64,000 nucleotides of DNA, from assembly GCA_002269645.1 (NCBI GenBank), contig NIVC01000462.1, positions 153,516 to 217,515 on the forward strand, written 5' to 3'. The DNA is from Macrostomum lignano. Lineage: Eukaryota. This document shows, in pieces, positions 40,309 to 52,200 of the stretch. The notes below the pieces were generated by a model that was given only the letters and a program-made list of their open reading frames with translations, had not been told where the DNA came from and did no database searches. Every line of letters begins with the position of its first letter. Position 1 is the stretch's first letter. The translations under genes and the position numbers were made by a program.

Positions 40309-41165
40309 TCACTGCTTCATCCAGACCTCCTCAGCCTCGCTGGCCACCTCAGCGGGCACAGCGGCGAATCTCAGCAGGCGGCACATGCGGCTCGAAGGCA
40401 CGAAGGCGCAGCCCTGACAGTCCGGGCTGCTGTAGCAGATGGTGGCGCATTCAACGGCACTGCTGGCTACGATGCTGCGGTGAGTGACGGAGCTCTCGGA
40501 GGCTGTGATGTTCGGCAAAGACGTCACGGGCAGTTTCGGCATCACCGGATCGACTGCAGAAGGGTTGGTAGAAAATAATTTTGACTTAAGTATTTTGATT
40601 GGTCAGATTTATTATACTATTGCTGGCAAAATGGCCCAGTTCGAACTACATTCAAGAATGACCTCAGAACCCTGGGTCTTTCAGTCGTCTGGCTCAGTGA
40701 GACTCTCTTTACGCTTCTAGCTCGTACGTGCTGCGTTAATCCAGAATGCTTACTTGGCGAGTAAGTCAGTTTGTAGATAGAGTTTCTCGAGACTCCACCG
40801 CAAATCTGAGACGAGTTTCCGCTGCAAGCCAAGCTGCAGTTGCCAGCCGGTGCGATGCCGTGCGATCCGTAGGCCGAGCCGCAGCAGCAGTAGCTGTGGT
40901 GCTGAACTCCAAAGTAGCGAAATCGGCCGTAAGAGCACATCTGGCTGCACAGTTGTAGTGTCATCTTGGCGATGTAGTAAACGAATGCTATGGAATGAGG
41001 GTGAGTCTTAAACTCTCCGAACGTTTTGACCCCCTGCAGTCCTACAAGATCTCGGTGGCCATCAGCGCCATCCACGTAGCAGCCGAGGTGGCGAAACTCC
41101 AACGGTTGAGGCGGCAGCGCAACAGCGGCTGCCCAGCAGAGCAGCAAAGCGCAGAGTTTCAGCAT
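40309..41165 (-). CDS. Secreted WSC + PAN/Apple-like protein, copy 7 (subfamily A), 218 aa
   Basis: Exon 1 41165-40754, exon 2 40553-40309. Canonical sites, phase 1. The signal region is 6 codons shorter than in copy 3. Confidence 0.88.
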
Positions 41166-42290
41166 TGGGAAAAAATCCCAGAGAGCGGCCGAACCGCAGT
41201 TTCTGAGACGCTTCTTCTGATTCAGGTAACAAATTTAAGCAATATATTTGCTGGAAGAAGCCAATGGAAGAATCGCCCAAAAAATGTCGTGAATCCATTG
41301 GCTAAGATGTCATCTTCATGGGCATTAGAGATCGTCTACTTTTGATTAGAAGGAAGAGAAATATCCGGCTAATCTCCGGCAAGAGTTTTTTTAGGATTAA
41401 TGCCTTCATTTCTCTTAGGGCTCCTTTGTTTGTGCACTGTCCTCTCCACCCCTCCTTGGGGCGGATGTTTTTCTAACCCGCTTATTTATCTGTGCCACCC
41501 TCTGTGCCACGTAGTTCGCTCTGACTTTGCAGTTCAAATTTTAAAAAACTCCTTTTATTCTTTTAATCTTGTTTTTTTGCCAAATAAACTTATCGTTTCC
41601 ACGGGTCGCTTTCCCGACCTCTCGCGCTGCTTCGGTCATAGACATTTGCCTGCCTGCTGTTCGTCTCCTTTGCTAATGGGGTGTGATAATAGAGGAAAGA
41701 ATAGAATATTCTTTCTTCCATGGGTGTGATTGGTTAATTCAAACCGACTGTAAACAACAAAAGAGACTGTTAAGAGAGCCGGGCTAAATAATGCTTGGGT
41801 AAGCAAATAAGTTATGATTCTGTGGTTTTCTTCATGGCTGCTGGGCTTAAACGCTTGCACATCAGTTGATCAATTTCATCCTCTTATCTTGTTTAAATAC
41901 GAAGTAAGATGATTGGCTTTCGTTTGACATGTACAACAGCAATGTTTGTAGAGATTTCTTCAAGCTTTGCTCGTCAGTCAAGCTTTAGTTGATGAAGAAT
42001 TTGTAATTATTTGATAGCCATCAGCTTTATAACGAGGAACTACCAGCTAGAATGCAAAGATTGCAAAGATGTTTAGCTGTCAGTTAGGATATGTTACAGA
42101 TGCAATTCGATGTTTAATTTTGTTTGTTCAGCATAATCTACAAAAAATAGTTCCACTTCGAATTATTTCTTCCATAAACTTTAAAAAATTAGATTGCTAC
42201 TAGCCATATTATAACTGTAAAGACTTCACTTTCGATTGTAGAACGATATACGCTTGATACGGGGCAAGCGACAACGATTAATGTTGTAAA

Positions 42291-42721
42291 TGTTGAGCAC
42301 GATACATTTAGTGGATAAGGCTTAGGGATGGAGGATAATTAGTGGCCAGAATGAAGAACGTACATGAGCACACAGTGAAACAGGTAAAAAGACCACCCTC
42401 AAACACTGAATAAAGTGATAAACACTGAAATCAACCCAGCCAAGTCAACACACTCCTCCCCACAAAGATTATAGCGTTGGATTAAAACGGAAATAAAAGA
42501 TGCAAATCAGTTCACAGTCCATAGAAGAACAGTTCATTGTCACTGGTAGCGCAGCCTGTCAGGTTCGGCTCTCGCCCTGGTCGAACGTCGAAGTGGCGCC
42601 TCAGAACTCAACTCTGGCGCCTGGCCAGGCGTCTCTGCAGAGGCCTCCGGTTGATTGTCAGGCACCTTGGCACATAGCGGTTGCTCGGCTTCGGAAGGCG
42701 CTGGAGGCTCCGGCTGCCAGG
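42291..42721 (-). mobile_element. LTR retrotransposon 3' fragment (pol C-terminus, PPT, short 3' LTR)
   Basis: PLRRSTRARAEPDRLRY* (integrase-tail motif). Polypurine tract GGGGAGGAG at 42461-42453. Then a 160-bp segment bounded by TGTTGA...TCAACA (42450-42291). Confidence 0.65.
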
Positions 42722-42945
42722 TTGTACGCCGAAGAACGAATGTCCACCCAATGAGCAAATGCTGGCGCACAACTCGTGGGTCATACTTTGCTGGTCTTTG
42801 ATGCTGAAAAACCCAGTTAGTCTCATATCTAACAAGCTTGCTAACTTTTTTTGATCTCATCAAAGCCTCGTTCGGTATTTCCATCGACGCTGCATGCCAA
42901 CAAAGTGCAGGCCGTGACCAGTGCAATTATTGACTGTAGAGCCTT
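42722..42945 (-). pseudogene. WSC exon-1 pseudogene (subfamily B-like)
   Basis: LQSIIALVTACTLLA signal remnant, a frameshift, then MTHELCASICSLGGHSFFGVQ followed by an abrupt switch to LTR-element sequence. Confidence 0.75.
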
Positions 42946-43769
42946 TTTAAGATTCCTTGCCAATAAATTCTGCTTCCGATGCAACTTCCCTAACTATTTT
43001 ATAATGTTTTTTGAGCAGGGAGAGAGTCTTTGCAACTCTTTTTCAAAAATCTTGAAGCAATTAAAATACTACCTACTGGATTGCTACTTTCAGTAGTAAC
43101 AGCCCTACTGTAAGTATAAAATGAAGCCAAAGTGTTGTCTTTTGTCCAATAGCATTTTAACAGGGGATTATGTAATAATTGTAATTGCTGGAAGGTTTTG
43201 AGCACACGGGAGCTACGCCTTCGGCGGAATCGTCCCACAAACAGTGGTCGAGACAATTCTGTCCATTCCTCGGACTCCTCAACGCAGAGAGAGGAACTCT
43301 GCTTTCCAAAAAGTTGTTGTTCGTCACACAAACATAACTTGCTTGCATCGAAAATGTACAATGTTAATGCTGTTCCTTCTTTAGCTTCTGGTGGCTTTGG
43401 CTCCCAAGTTGACTTTCTCTATAGGCTCGAACACTATAAAGTTCTGTTGCACTAACGAGTGACTTTAAGTAGTAAAACATAAGCTTATTAGAGTAATATG
43501 CTGTTGATCCAGTAACTTAAAAATTAGCGTTTATTGCCCATATTTTTGTATTGTAGATTTCTGTACAATATTTAAGCGACTGGCAACCTAAAACCGTTTG
43601 CATTGAAAAAATAATGATGCAAATCTGGCTGATGTTTATTGAATGTTTTCCTAATATTGATTGAGTTTTCAAATTTAAATTGAGTATCATCTACCGCTGA
43701 GGTCAACAAACTTAATTCTTACCTCAAAAGCCAGGTAAAAATGCAGCTCATGGTTGCGTTCGAGATGAA

Positions 43770-44795
43770 TGAAGAGAGAGGAGAGGAGAAAGAAAATAGA
43801 GAAGAGTTGAGTGGGAAGAGAGGAGAGAGGAGAAAGAAAAGAGAAGAAAGGAGAGCAGAGAGAACAGAGAATAGAGGAGGGAGAAAGGCAAAGAGAGAAG
43901 AGAGAGAAGAGAGAAGGCAAAGAGAGAAGAGAGAAGAGAGAAGAGCCGGATGAGAATGAAAAAAAGAAAGAAGGGAGAGGAGAGAGGGACTAGGGGAGAG
44001 AGGGAGAGCAGGAGAGAGGGAGGAGAGAGGAGAGCAGAGATGAGAGAGGAGAATAGAGAGAGGAGAGAGGAGAGAGGAGAGTGGAGAGAGGAGAGAGGAG
44101 AATGGAGAGAGGAGAGAGGAGAGAGGAGAGAGGAGAGGGGGAGAGAGGAGACACGAGAGAGGAGAGAGGAGAGAGGAGAGAGGAGAGAGGAGAGAGGAGA
44201 GAGGAGAGAGGAGAGAGGAGAGATGAGAGAGGAGAATAGAGAGAGGAGAGAGGAGAGAGGAGAGTGGAGAGAGGAGAGAGGAGAGAGGAGAGAGGAGAGA
44301 GGAGAGAGGAGAGGGGGAGAGAGGAGACACGAGAGAGGAGAGAGGAGAGAGGAGAGAGGAGAGAGGAGAGAGGAGAATGGAGAGAGGAGAATGGAGAGAG
44401 GAGAGAGGAGAATGGAGAGAGGAGAGAGGAGAGAGGAGAATAGAGAGAGGAGAGAGGAGAGAGGAGAGTGGAGAGAGGAGAGAGGAGAATGGAGAGAGGA
44501 GAGAGGAGAGAGGAGAGGGGGAGAGAGGAGACACGAGAGAGGAGAGAGGAGAGAGGAGAGAGGAGAGAGGAGAGAGGAGAATGGAGAGAGGAGAGAGGAG
44601 AGAGGAGAGGGGAGAGAGGAGACACGAGAGAGGAGAGAGGAGAGAGAGAGTGGAGAGAGGAGAGAGGAGAGAGGAGAGAGGAGAGAGGAGAGAGGAGAGG
44701 GGGAGAGAGGAGAGGAGAGAGGAGAGAGGAGAGAGGAGAGAGGAGAGAGGAGAGAGGAGAGAGGAGAGAGGAGAGAGGAGAGAGGAGAGAGGAGA
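43770..44795. repeat. About 1-kb polypurine array, mainly (GAGAGGA)n, inside a degenerate GA-MITE
   Basis: Directly visible heptamer. The flanks (ggtcaacaaactt.. gcagctcatggttgc; gaacccgagggc) resemble the 13.8-14.3 kb MITE. Confidence 0.95.
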
Positions 44796-45256
44796 AATGT
44801 TTCAAAGAACCCGAGGGCCTGATAGAGACACACTCATTCCCAGCAGAAATTTGAAATCCGCCCAGGGAAAAGCCATGATTTTACGAGCGTACATTTTTGA
44901 CCCACAAACATGATCATCTTTATTTTGGATTATTTATATCGCTGCGCGTTCGATTAGTTTTCTAAGAATACATTTAAACCCGGAATAGCTACAGTTGCAG
45001 CGATGAATTCTGTTATTGAATGTTGACCACCAGAATAAAGGCGTCTGTTCAAGGAAGAAAATAATTAATAACACTGATTTTTAAGACACTGAAAAAAGCA
45101 TAAAGGAAAGCATATAGCTTAAGTGTTTACTATCTGTCTAATTCTTTGAAAATAATGTGTACAATCAATATTTATCGGACAAAAAAATGTAACTCCTGTT
45201 GGAGGTTTTCAGTATCTATCATTAATAACATGCAATCGTAAGTAAATTCATGTCTG

Positions 45257-45446
45257 TACTCAACAACATTAGAAAGTCGCCACCTTTAAGAGTGAGCAGT
45301 AAATTTTAGCTCAGCTTCCGCCCGGTTTTCATTGTTTTTTTCAAGCTTTTTTTAATATCACAACGGTTGGCCAGGTGATATAGAGGCTGGTGGAAAGACA
45401 CTGCTCACTGGGGCAAAGGGTGGCGACTTTTCAATGTTGCTGAGTA
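45257..45446. mobile_element. Small MITE with about 45-bp TIRs and TA ends (Tc1/mariner-like)
   Basis: tactcaacaacattagaaagtcgccacc..agtgagcagt vs reverse complement of actgctcact..ggtggcgacttttcaatgttgctgagta. Confidence 0.7.
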
Positions 45447-46281
45447 TATAATACCATCTATCCGATAGTCGAAAATATTCTGGTTACTACGGTTGAAAAT
45501 ATCGTGTGTTGCGTTGACGGTGCACTGGTGCTTGTAACACTGCCAAAGAAAGTCCTACTAGAGTTATTTAAATAAAAATCAATTATCCAAAATAGTTCTA
45601 CCAATAGTCTCAACTAAGTAAAAGGGTAAAAAGTAAATTGTCAAAAAACAAGTTTGCTAAAAAATTAGTCTGACATCTGAGTATAGCAAAAAGTTGTGTA
45701 CAATAATTAGTATTAGCACGAACAGGACAGAGGACGGAGAGTGGAGCCACTTAAAAGTTTGGGTGTCATGTTAAAGAGAACAATGCATAGGTAGCTAGTC
45801 ACTTGCTACTTGCTACCTTGAGCAGCAATATTTCTGCTACCTACAGGTGTAAAAAGCGTTGCAAAACTACGTTTAAGTGGGCGGACACTATAACGCTCAG
45901 AAAAAAATAGAAGTAAAACCGATTGATCGCTCTGATTACGGATTAGTACACAGGACACATAATTGTAGATAACAAAGAGTCAAATTGCAGCTTCCTTTGG
46001 TAGCGAAGCGTGTTTTGAACCTAGCGAAATCCATGCTGAGCAAAGGGAGGCCAAACCTTGTGTCGGCATTGTTCACGCCGGGACGCCAACGGCACAATGA
46101 ACACAAAAAAGTAAATAAACCCGGAACAAGCTATACACACAAGTGTCGACTAAAGTCTAGAAACTTGGAGAGAAAAATCGGAGAACACGCACAGTGTGAG
46201 TAAAGGTAAATTCAGGAAGCAATAAAATATCCGAATAAACAACTTGTTGCTGAGGCATTAAGCATTGCTGCAAGTCGGCAG

Positions 46282-49200
46282 TCACTTTTTCGCGACATTT
46301 TTCTTAGCCTGGCCAAGAGCCACCTGGCGAGCGTTCACTCCGAACAGTAAAGTGCTCAGCGTCTCCTGCAGGTTCGACTCGTTCGGGCTGACGTTCACAA
46401 ATAGACAGGCCTGGGGAATTGCGAGTGTTCGAGTTTATTTGATTAGATAAGTAGATGATTTTCAATGGCTGCAATTAGACACTTTGGATCGGTGCATTTT
46501 GCACTGACCACAGAGCGACTACTGCTTCAGCTGTCACTGCAGAGCGCACCCTTTTTGTGAGGCGTTTCACAATCTCGAAGCTTCAAAGCTCGAAAGCTCC
46601 TATTTTTGAAATTCTTACTAGTTTAATTCCCTGGAGCAAGGGGCCGTATCCTAGCGGTCTAGCGCGGTGCTACTATGAGCCAGCAGCCAAGGCTCGGTTC
46701 CAAGTGCAGTCACATATATTTGGGGCTGAATTGGAATCTCGGCTTGGCTCTGCTCGTATAATGAACGCCCTTGAGGACCAACCCCCAAGGCACATTAAAG
46801 TGTACATGCCTAACTATAAATAAAGTTAAGGCTGTACACTCCTGTGTGAGTGTGTGCCTGCGTACGTATCCGCGCGCTTGTATGCCTGCTCAGGGGAGTC
46901 GGCGGAATGGGTTGTGCGACAATAAAGTCGCTTAAAATTTGTTGAATTCCCCTGAGCGAAACTTCCCAACCTCGTCTGATGGACTTTACTATCAATATTT
47001 GAGCAGGAGCTTTAATCGAATTTTTATGGAACAAAAGCACAACACTCCTGTCCTTTGTGGTATTTGAGTGTGTAGCTTTTCAATATTTTGAGCATACTGG
47101 CTACATTGCTTGATCAGTAGTAAACTGTAAAATTCTGTTACCTTGGCGTCTCCGCCCAGGCTGGGCATGAGCAGGTGCGTCAGTTTGCTGTTCCTGTACG
47201 GCACGTGCAGCTGATTGTCGCGCAGAGCCGCAAACACCTGTCCCAGTGAGGTGAGCGACTTGTTGATGAAGGCAGCTTCGGCCAGTTGCTCGCCTGTGGC
47301 GCCAGTCTTACCGACTCGCTCGGATCCGGCCAGGTCGCACAGGGTCAGCGTGCCCTTGGTTCGAGTCCCGGTGACCAGGTCCTTGCCGATGACCGTCAGA
47401 ATGAGCACCAGGTGAGAGCGGGAGCTGGCGGTGTGGAGGTGGAATGAAACTCCTAAAACTATCATTTTAAATTAAATAAATTATCATGAGCCTGAGTCGC
47501 TAATCTATACATCACCTGTAACTTTAAATTTAGTTCTTTAGGCTTTATTCTGCATCCTAATATACTTCAATCAAAGATGTTTAAAACATGCACCAATCGT
47601 AAGGAAACTGGTAAAAATTCACAAAACATACGTTTAAATCAATAATATACTTTATGATTGACATTCTCGCCGTAACCAATACTCTTACAAACAAATTTAC
47701 AAAGACTAAAAAATAGTAAGCATAGACTGGGCTTGCTGTCAGTGCAACAATTATGTGTGCAAAATTGTGCAATTGCGTGTTGCCAAAATGTTTTTACTGT
47801 CTAAGGTGCATAGTAATTAACGCGCTGACCAAATCCGTCTTAAGTTGGCTTTAAGAAATTCTAGGAAAGTTTTAAACCCGAATTTGCAGAAATGCGAGCA
47901 ATCTCAGCCACCCTTTGGGGAGGCAAACAAAAGAAGAAATAATAAATATTAAAAAAGAAACTACACTGTAAAAAACTTTGATAGTCATTGTTACTCGTAT
48001 TGGCATCTTGAAGATTCCAATGTATAAAACAGAAAACCATTTGCCCCAAGCCTGATTTCAAGGTTTCTAGTTTATGATATCAACAATCACCCATGGAGCC
48101 TTAGGCGTCTCAGCAACTCCCCCAATGAGCTATGGCATCTCAGCAACTCCCCATTGAGCCTTGACATCTCAGCAACTTCCTCTTGAGCCACTGCATCTCC
48201 GCAACTCTCAAAAAAATCCCTTTGAGCTCACTGAGTTTTGGCCTCAGAATTGCCTAGCCCTATGGGCCAATAATAACTTGTTTTCGGTCCCGAATGGTTT
48301 TTGGATGCTAGAGTAACATAGGGATAATTTTTAAGAACTAAAAGTTAAGTATTTTTAAGCAGTCAGAACATATGCCCGATGTTACTCTATGTTACTCTTC
48401 ACGTTGTGCATGAAGTATCATATAACGATAATAACCTGTACGAATGTTGCTGATGACACACAAGTTGATGCGAGTGAAACTGCAAATAGTGTGGAGACTT
48501 GTGAACAGGACGATAGAACAAAAAGCAAAACTTCTTTTAAAATTCGACATATTAATACCGTATACTTCGTAAGTTGATTTTATTTTTTCATAACACAAAA
48601 CGATCATCTTTGCAAAGAGAAGCCAACTTCTATTGTAGGAAGATTTTGCCATAAAAAATTGCTGGGATAATATGCAGGGCGCGAAGGTTAAGAATGTGCG
48701 GTTCGTTGTCTGTGACGGTTATCATGATCATATAATCATGATTAATCATGATAACCATAATCATGATTATAGTGAGCAATTGCAAATGCGCTGTGAACGT
48801 GAATATAAAACTTTAGTGAGGTCGAAGGCAGTGGTTAAATTAAAATGGGTTAAAATTTATTGTATTTTAGGACACAAGGATATCTGACTTTGATTTTTCA
48901 GTCGTCTTTGGCACTAAATCGACTGTCCAACCATCTGAATTCCGTGATTTCAAATCAAACAATAATTTGACATTTATTCAAATATTTTTCAACTTTAAGA
49001 AGGGGTATAAATAACAGTGCCAAAAACCACCGGTAGCTTGTGAATACTGAAGCACGCTTTCAGATATGAATGAAAATACGTAGTGAAACTATTCTCAACA
49101 ACCGCTCACCTCTGCGAGTTCATCTTGGTGGCGGCTACCTTTCTATTGGAGGTGCCCTGGTCCAACGCATCCAGGATGTCCTTCTCCTTTCCAATAGGCT

Positions 49201-52200
49201 GCTCGGTGATGTCTACCAGCGTGACCTTCGTTCCGGTACTGCGCAGGTCCACTTGTTTTACATCCTTTCTGAGTAGATCCTGGATGCACTCGTTATAGAT
49301 CTCTACCATGGATATGTGCATGGTGTAGTCTGTGGTGTCCTTCCTCTCCGCGCACAGTCGGAACAGCTCCTGGATGGCGCGAACGTTGACGCCGGGGTTG
49401 CTAAACGGATTGGGCGACGGGCCCAGCATGGTGTAAGTCTTGCCGCTGCCCGTCTGCCCGTAAGCCATGATGCTCACGTTGTAGCCGTCGGCGCACGATG
49501 TAATGATGGGGCTGACCACCGAGTACACCTGCAGGCGCCCAATTGGGTCAGTTTTGTTGATTTAGAGTTAACTATGGTGCCTTGTCGTCTTTCTATTGCT
49601 ATAAATGACGTCAATTTGTCAAACAATATAGCCTAAATCCGTGGAAGCCTTTTGTTTATAGGCTAGTTTTTAAACGCAAAATTTTTCTTAGCTTTTCATA
49701 TAGTTTTTAACAAAAACTGTATACGAAATTTTAAGTCCTGAACCATCATGAACTTAAACCATTTAGAAATTTCTTGTACAGTACGTCATAAAAATTGTGC
49801 ACCATTTGCAGCTTTCAAGTGGGGCCGTAGCCCAGTGGTCCAGCGCGGCGCTCTAATGTGCCAGCGGCCAGGCTCGATTCCCAGTGCAGTCACATTAATT
49901 TGGGGGCTGAATTGGAATCTTAGCTTGGCTCTGCTCGTACATGTAAACTCCCATGAGTGTATAAAACCTCTTGCCGGTTGTGTGACAATGTCGCTTCAAG
50001 TTTGCAAGAATGCACACAGCCCAGCCCCCTGCATTCAATCGGATATAAAAGGCTTACGGATTTTTTGTTAAAAGTCCTAGGTTCTAAGCCGTGCTCTTTG
50101 TTCAACATTTTGACATGTACAAATTTACTTAGCCGGTCAAGCAAAAAATACACTTTACCTCATCCTGTGTGGAGTTGACGCCGAATGCCCTGTCGAACTG
50201 GAACATCTTCTTGTCATTGCCGCCAACCGTGACAACGTCCTGGTCGTTGGGCGTGGCCAGGCTCATCTTGGCCGAAGTTTCATTCCGCACCCGGCAGAAC
50301 ACGCGGATGTTGCCGCGCAGTTCCTGCAGCTGGTTGTAGAGCAGCTTCCTCTGCAGGGCCTCTCTGCGGTACAGGGTTCGAACTTCTTCAATCTGCTCTT
50401 CGGTGACGCTGCCGCACTGCTTCAGTCGCTTCATGGACTCCTTCAGCTCGGTGATCTTCTTGCTAGTGAACTCCTTCTGCGTTTTAGTCTCGCTGACCAG
50501 CTGCAGGTAGACTTTGTGCATCGATTTAACTCCGTTGTAGAGTTTCTTCAGCTCATCCTTGGAGATTGTCTCCTGCGTTTGAGCTGCCGCTGCTGCCGCA
50601 ACTGCCGCTGCTGCGGCTGCCGAGGCTCCACCACCACCGCTGCCGCCGCGGGACTTCGCCGTGACGGGACGCTCTCGCTGCAGAACCTCCACCTGCGCGA
50701 TGGTGGCAGAGCACTCGGCCTTGGTTGTTGCCAGCAGCTCCTCTACTTCGGCAATCTGGTGAATGAATGAGGTTTGATATTTTTCACGTATTTGGTTCCT
50801 GTGGGTTACTACGAGTAATTACTGTAGTTGCCTCGCAATATTGTTTATCGATTTGTTCTAACTGAGTGAGTGAGTTAGTTATATTCTATCATAGATTTAC
50901 ATCTTGGGTTGCATAATTTATGTACGTCTTATTGATATTGTTCGCTTTTAAAACCTCCAATACATATATCGTTAACTTGGCCAGTTTGGGCCTCACGTAT
51001 TTTTCCCGCTCAGCTTAAATAAACCGCAGTCTTCAGACTTTACAGTTACTGAACTACGCATTGTGTTACATGACCCATTGAGTTACATGACCTATTGAGT
51101 TACATGAGGCATTGAGTTACATGACCCATTGAGTTACATGACCCATTGAGTTACATGACCCATTGAGTTACATGACCTATTGAGTTACATGAGGCATTGA
51201 GTTACATGACCCATTGAGTTACATGACCCATTGAGCTACATGACCCATTGAGTTACATGACCCATTGAGTTACATGACTCATTGAGTTACATGACCCATT
51301 GAGTTACATGACCCATTGAGTTACATGACCCATTGAGTTACATGACCCATTGAGTTACATGACCCATTGAGTTACATGACTCATTGAGTTACATGACTCA
51401 TTGAGTTACATGACCCATTGAGTCACATGGCTCACTGAGTCATGGCATCTCAGCAACTCTCCATTGAGCCATGACATCTCAGCAACTTCCCATTGAGCCA
51501 TGGCGTACCAGCAACTTCCCATTGAGCCATGGCGTACCAGCAACTTCCCTATTGAGCCATGGCATCCCAGCAACTCCCCTATTGAGTCATGGCATCTCAG
51601 CAACTTCCCATTGATTTATGACATCTCAGCAACTCCCCCCAATGAGCCATGGCATCTCAACAACTCCCCACTGAGCTATGACATCTCAGCAACTCATCCT
51701 TCAGCCTCGACATTACTAAGCAACGGTTGCGTATGCTTACAAACAGTATTTCTGCTTTTGAGAGATACTAGATATTCTTACATAATTATCTTGCAATAAC
51801 TTCGAAGAAAATTTTACTAAAATAAGCAGCTTTTTGTAGGGCTCACCTTTGACTTCAAATAGTTGTTCTCCTCCTCAAGTTTCTTGACTCTGACTTCACG
51901 CCGTTCCAGCTTACGTTCCTGAAAAGTAAGGCAACATGTTTCACATGTGTCAAAGTTTATATGTTTGGCTAGTCTAAGATGTACGGCCTCACACCGCTCA
52001 TGATTAAGTACAGGCGTTAAAACTAAACTATAACGGTCCACTCTATAAAAGTGAACTGTATAGATCCTCTGGATAGATGTCATTTAGGTAGGTGTCATGT
52101 GGGTATATGTTTATGTGGGTAGATGTAATATGTGGGTAGATTTCATGTGGGTAGGCGTCACTTGGGTAAATTGATTCGCTGGAAGTAGTTGAGGTAGTCT

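Noticed and set aside
43687-44913. ERGERR / SLLSPL ORFs (also at 13.8, 25.9 and 38.8 kb)
   Set aside because: Artefacts of polypurine repeats.
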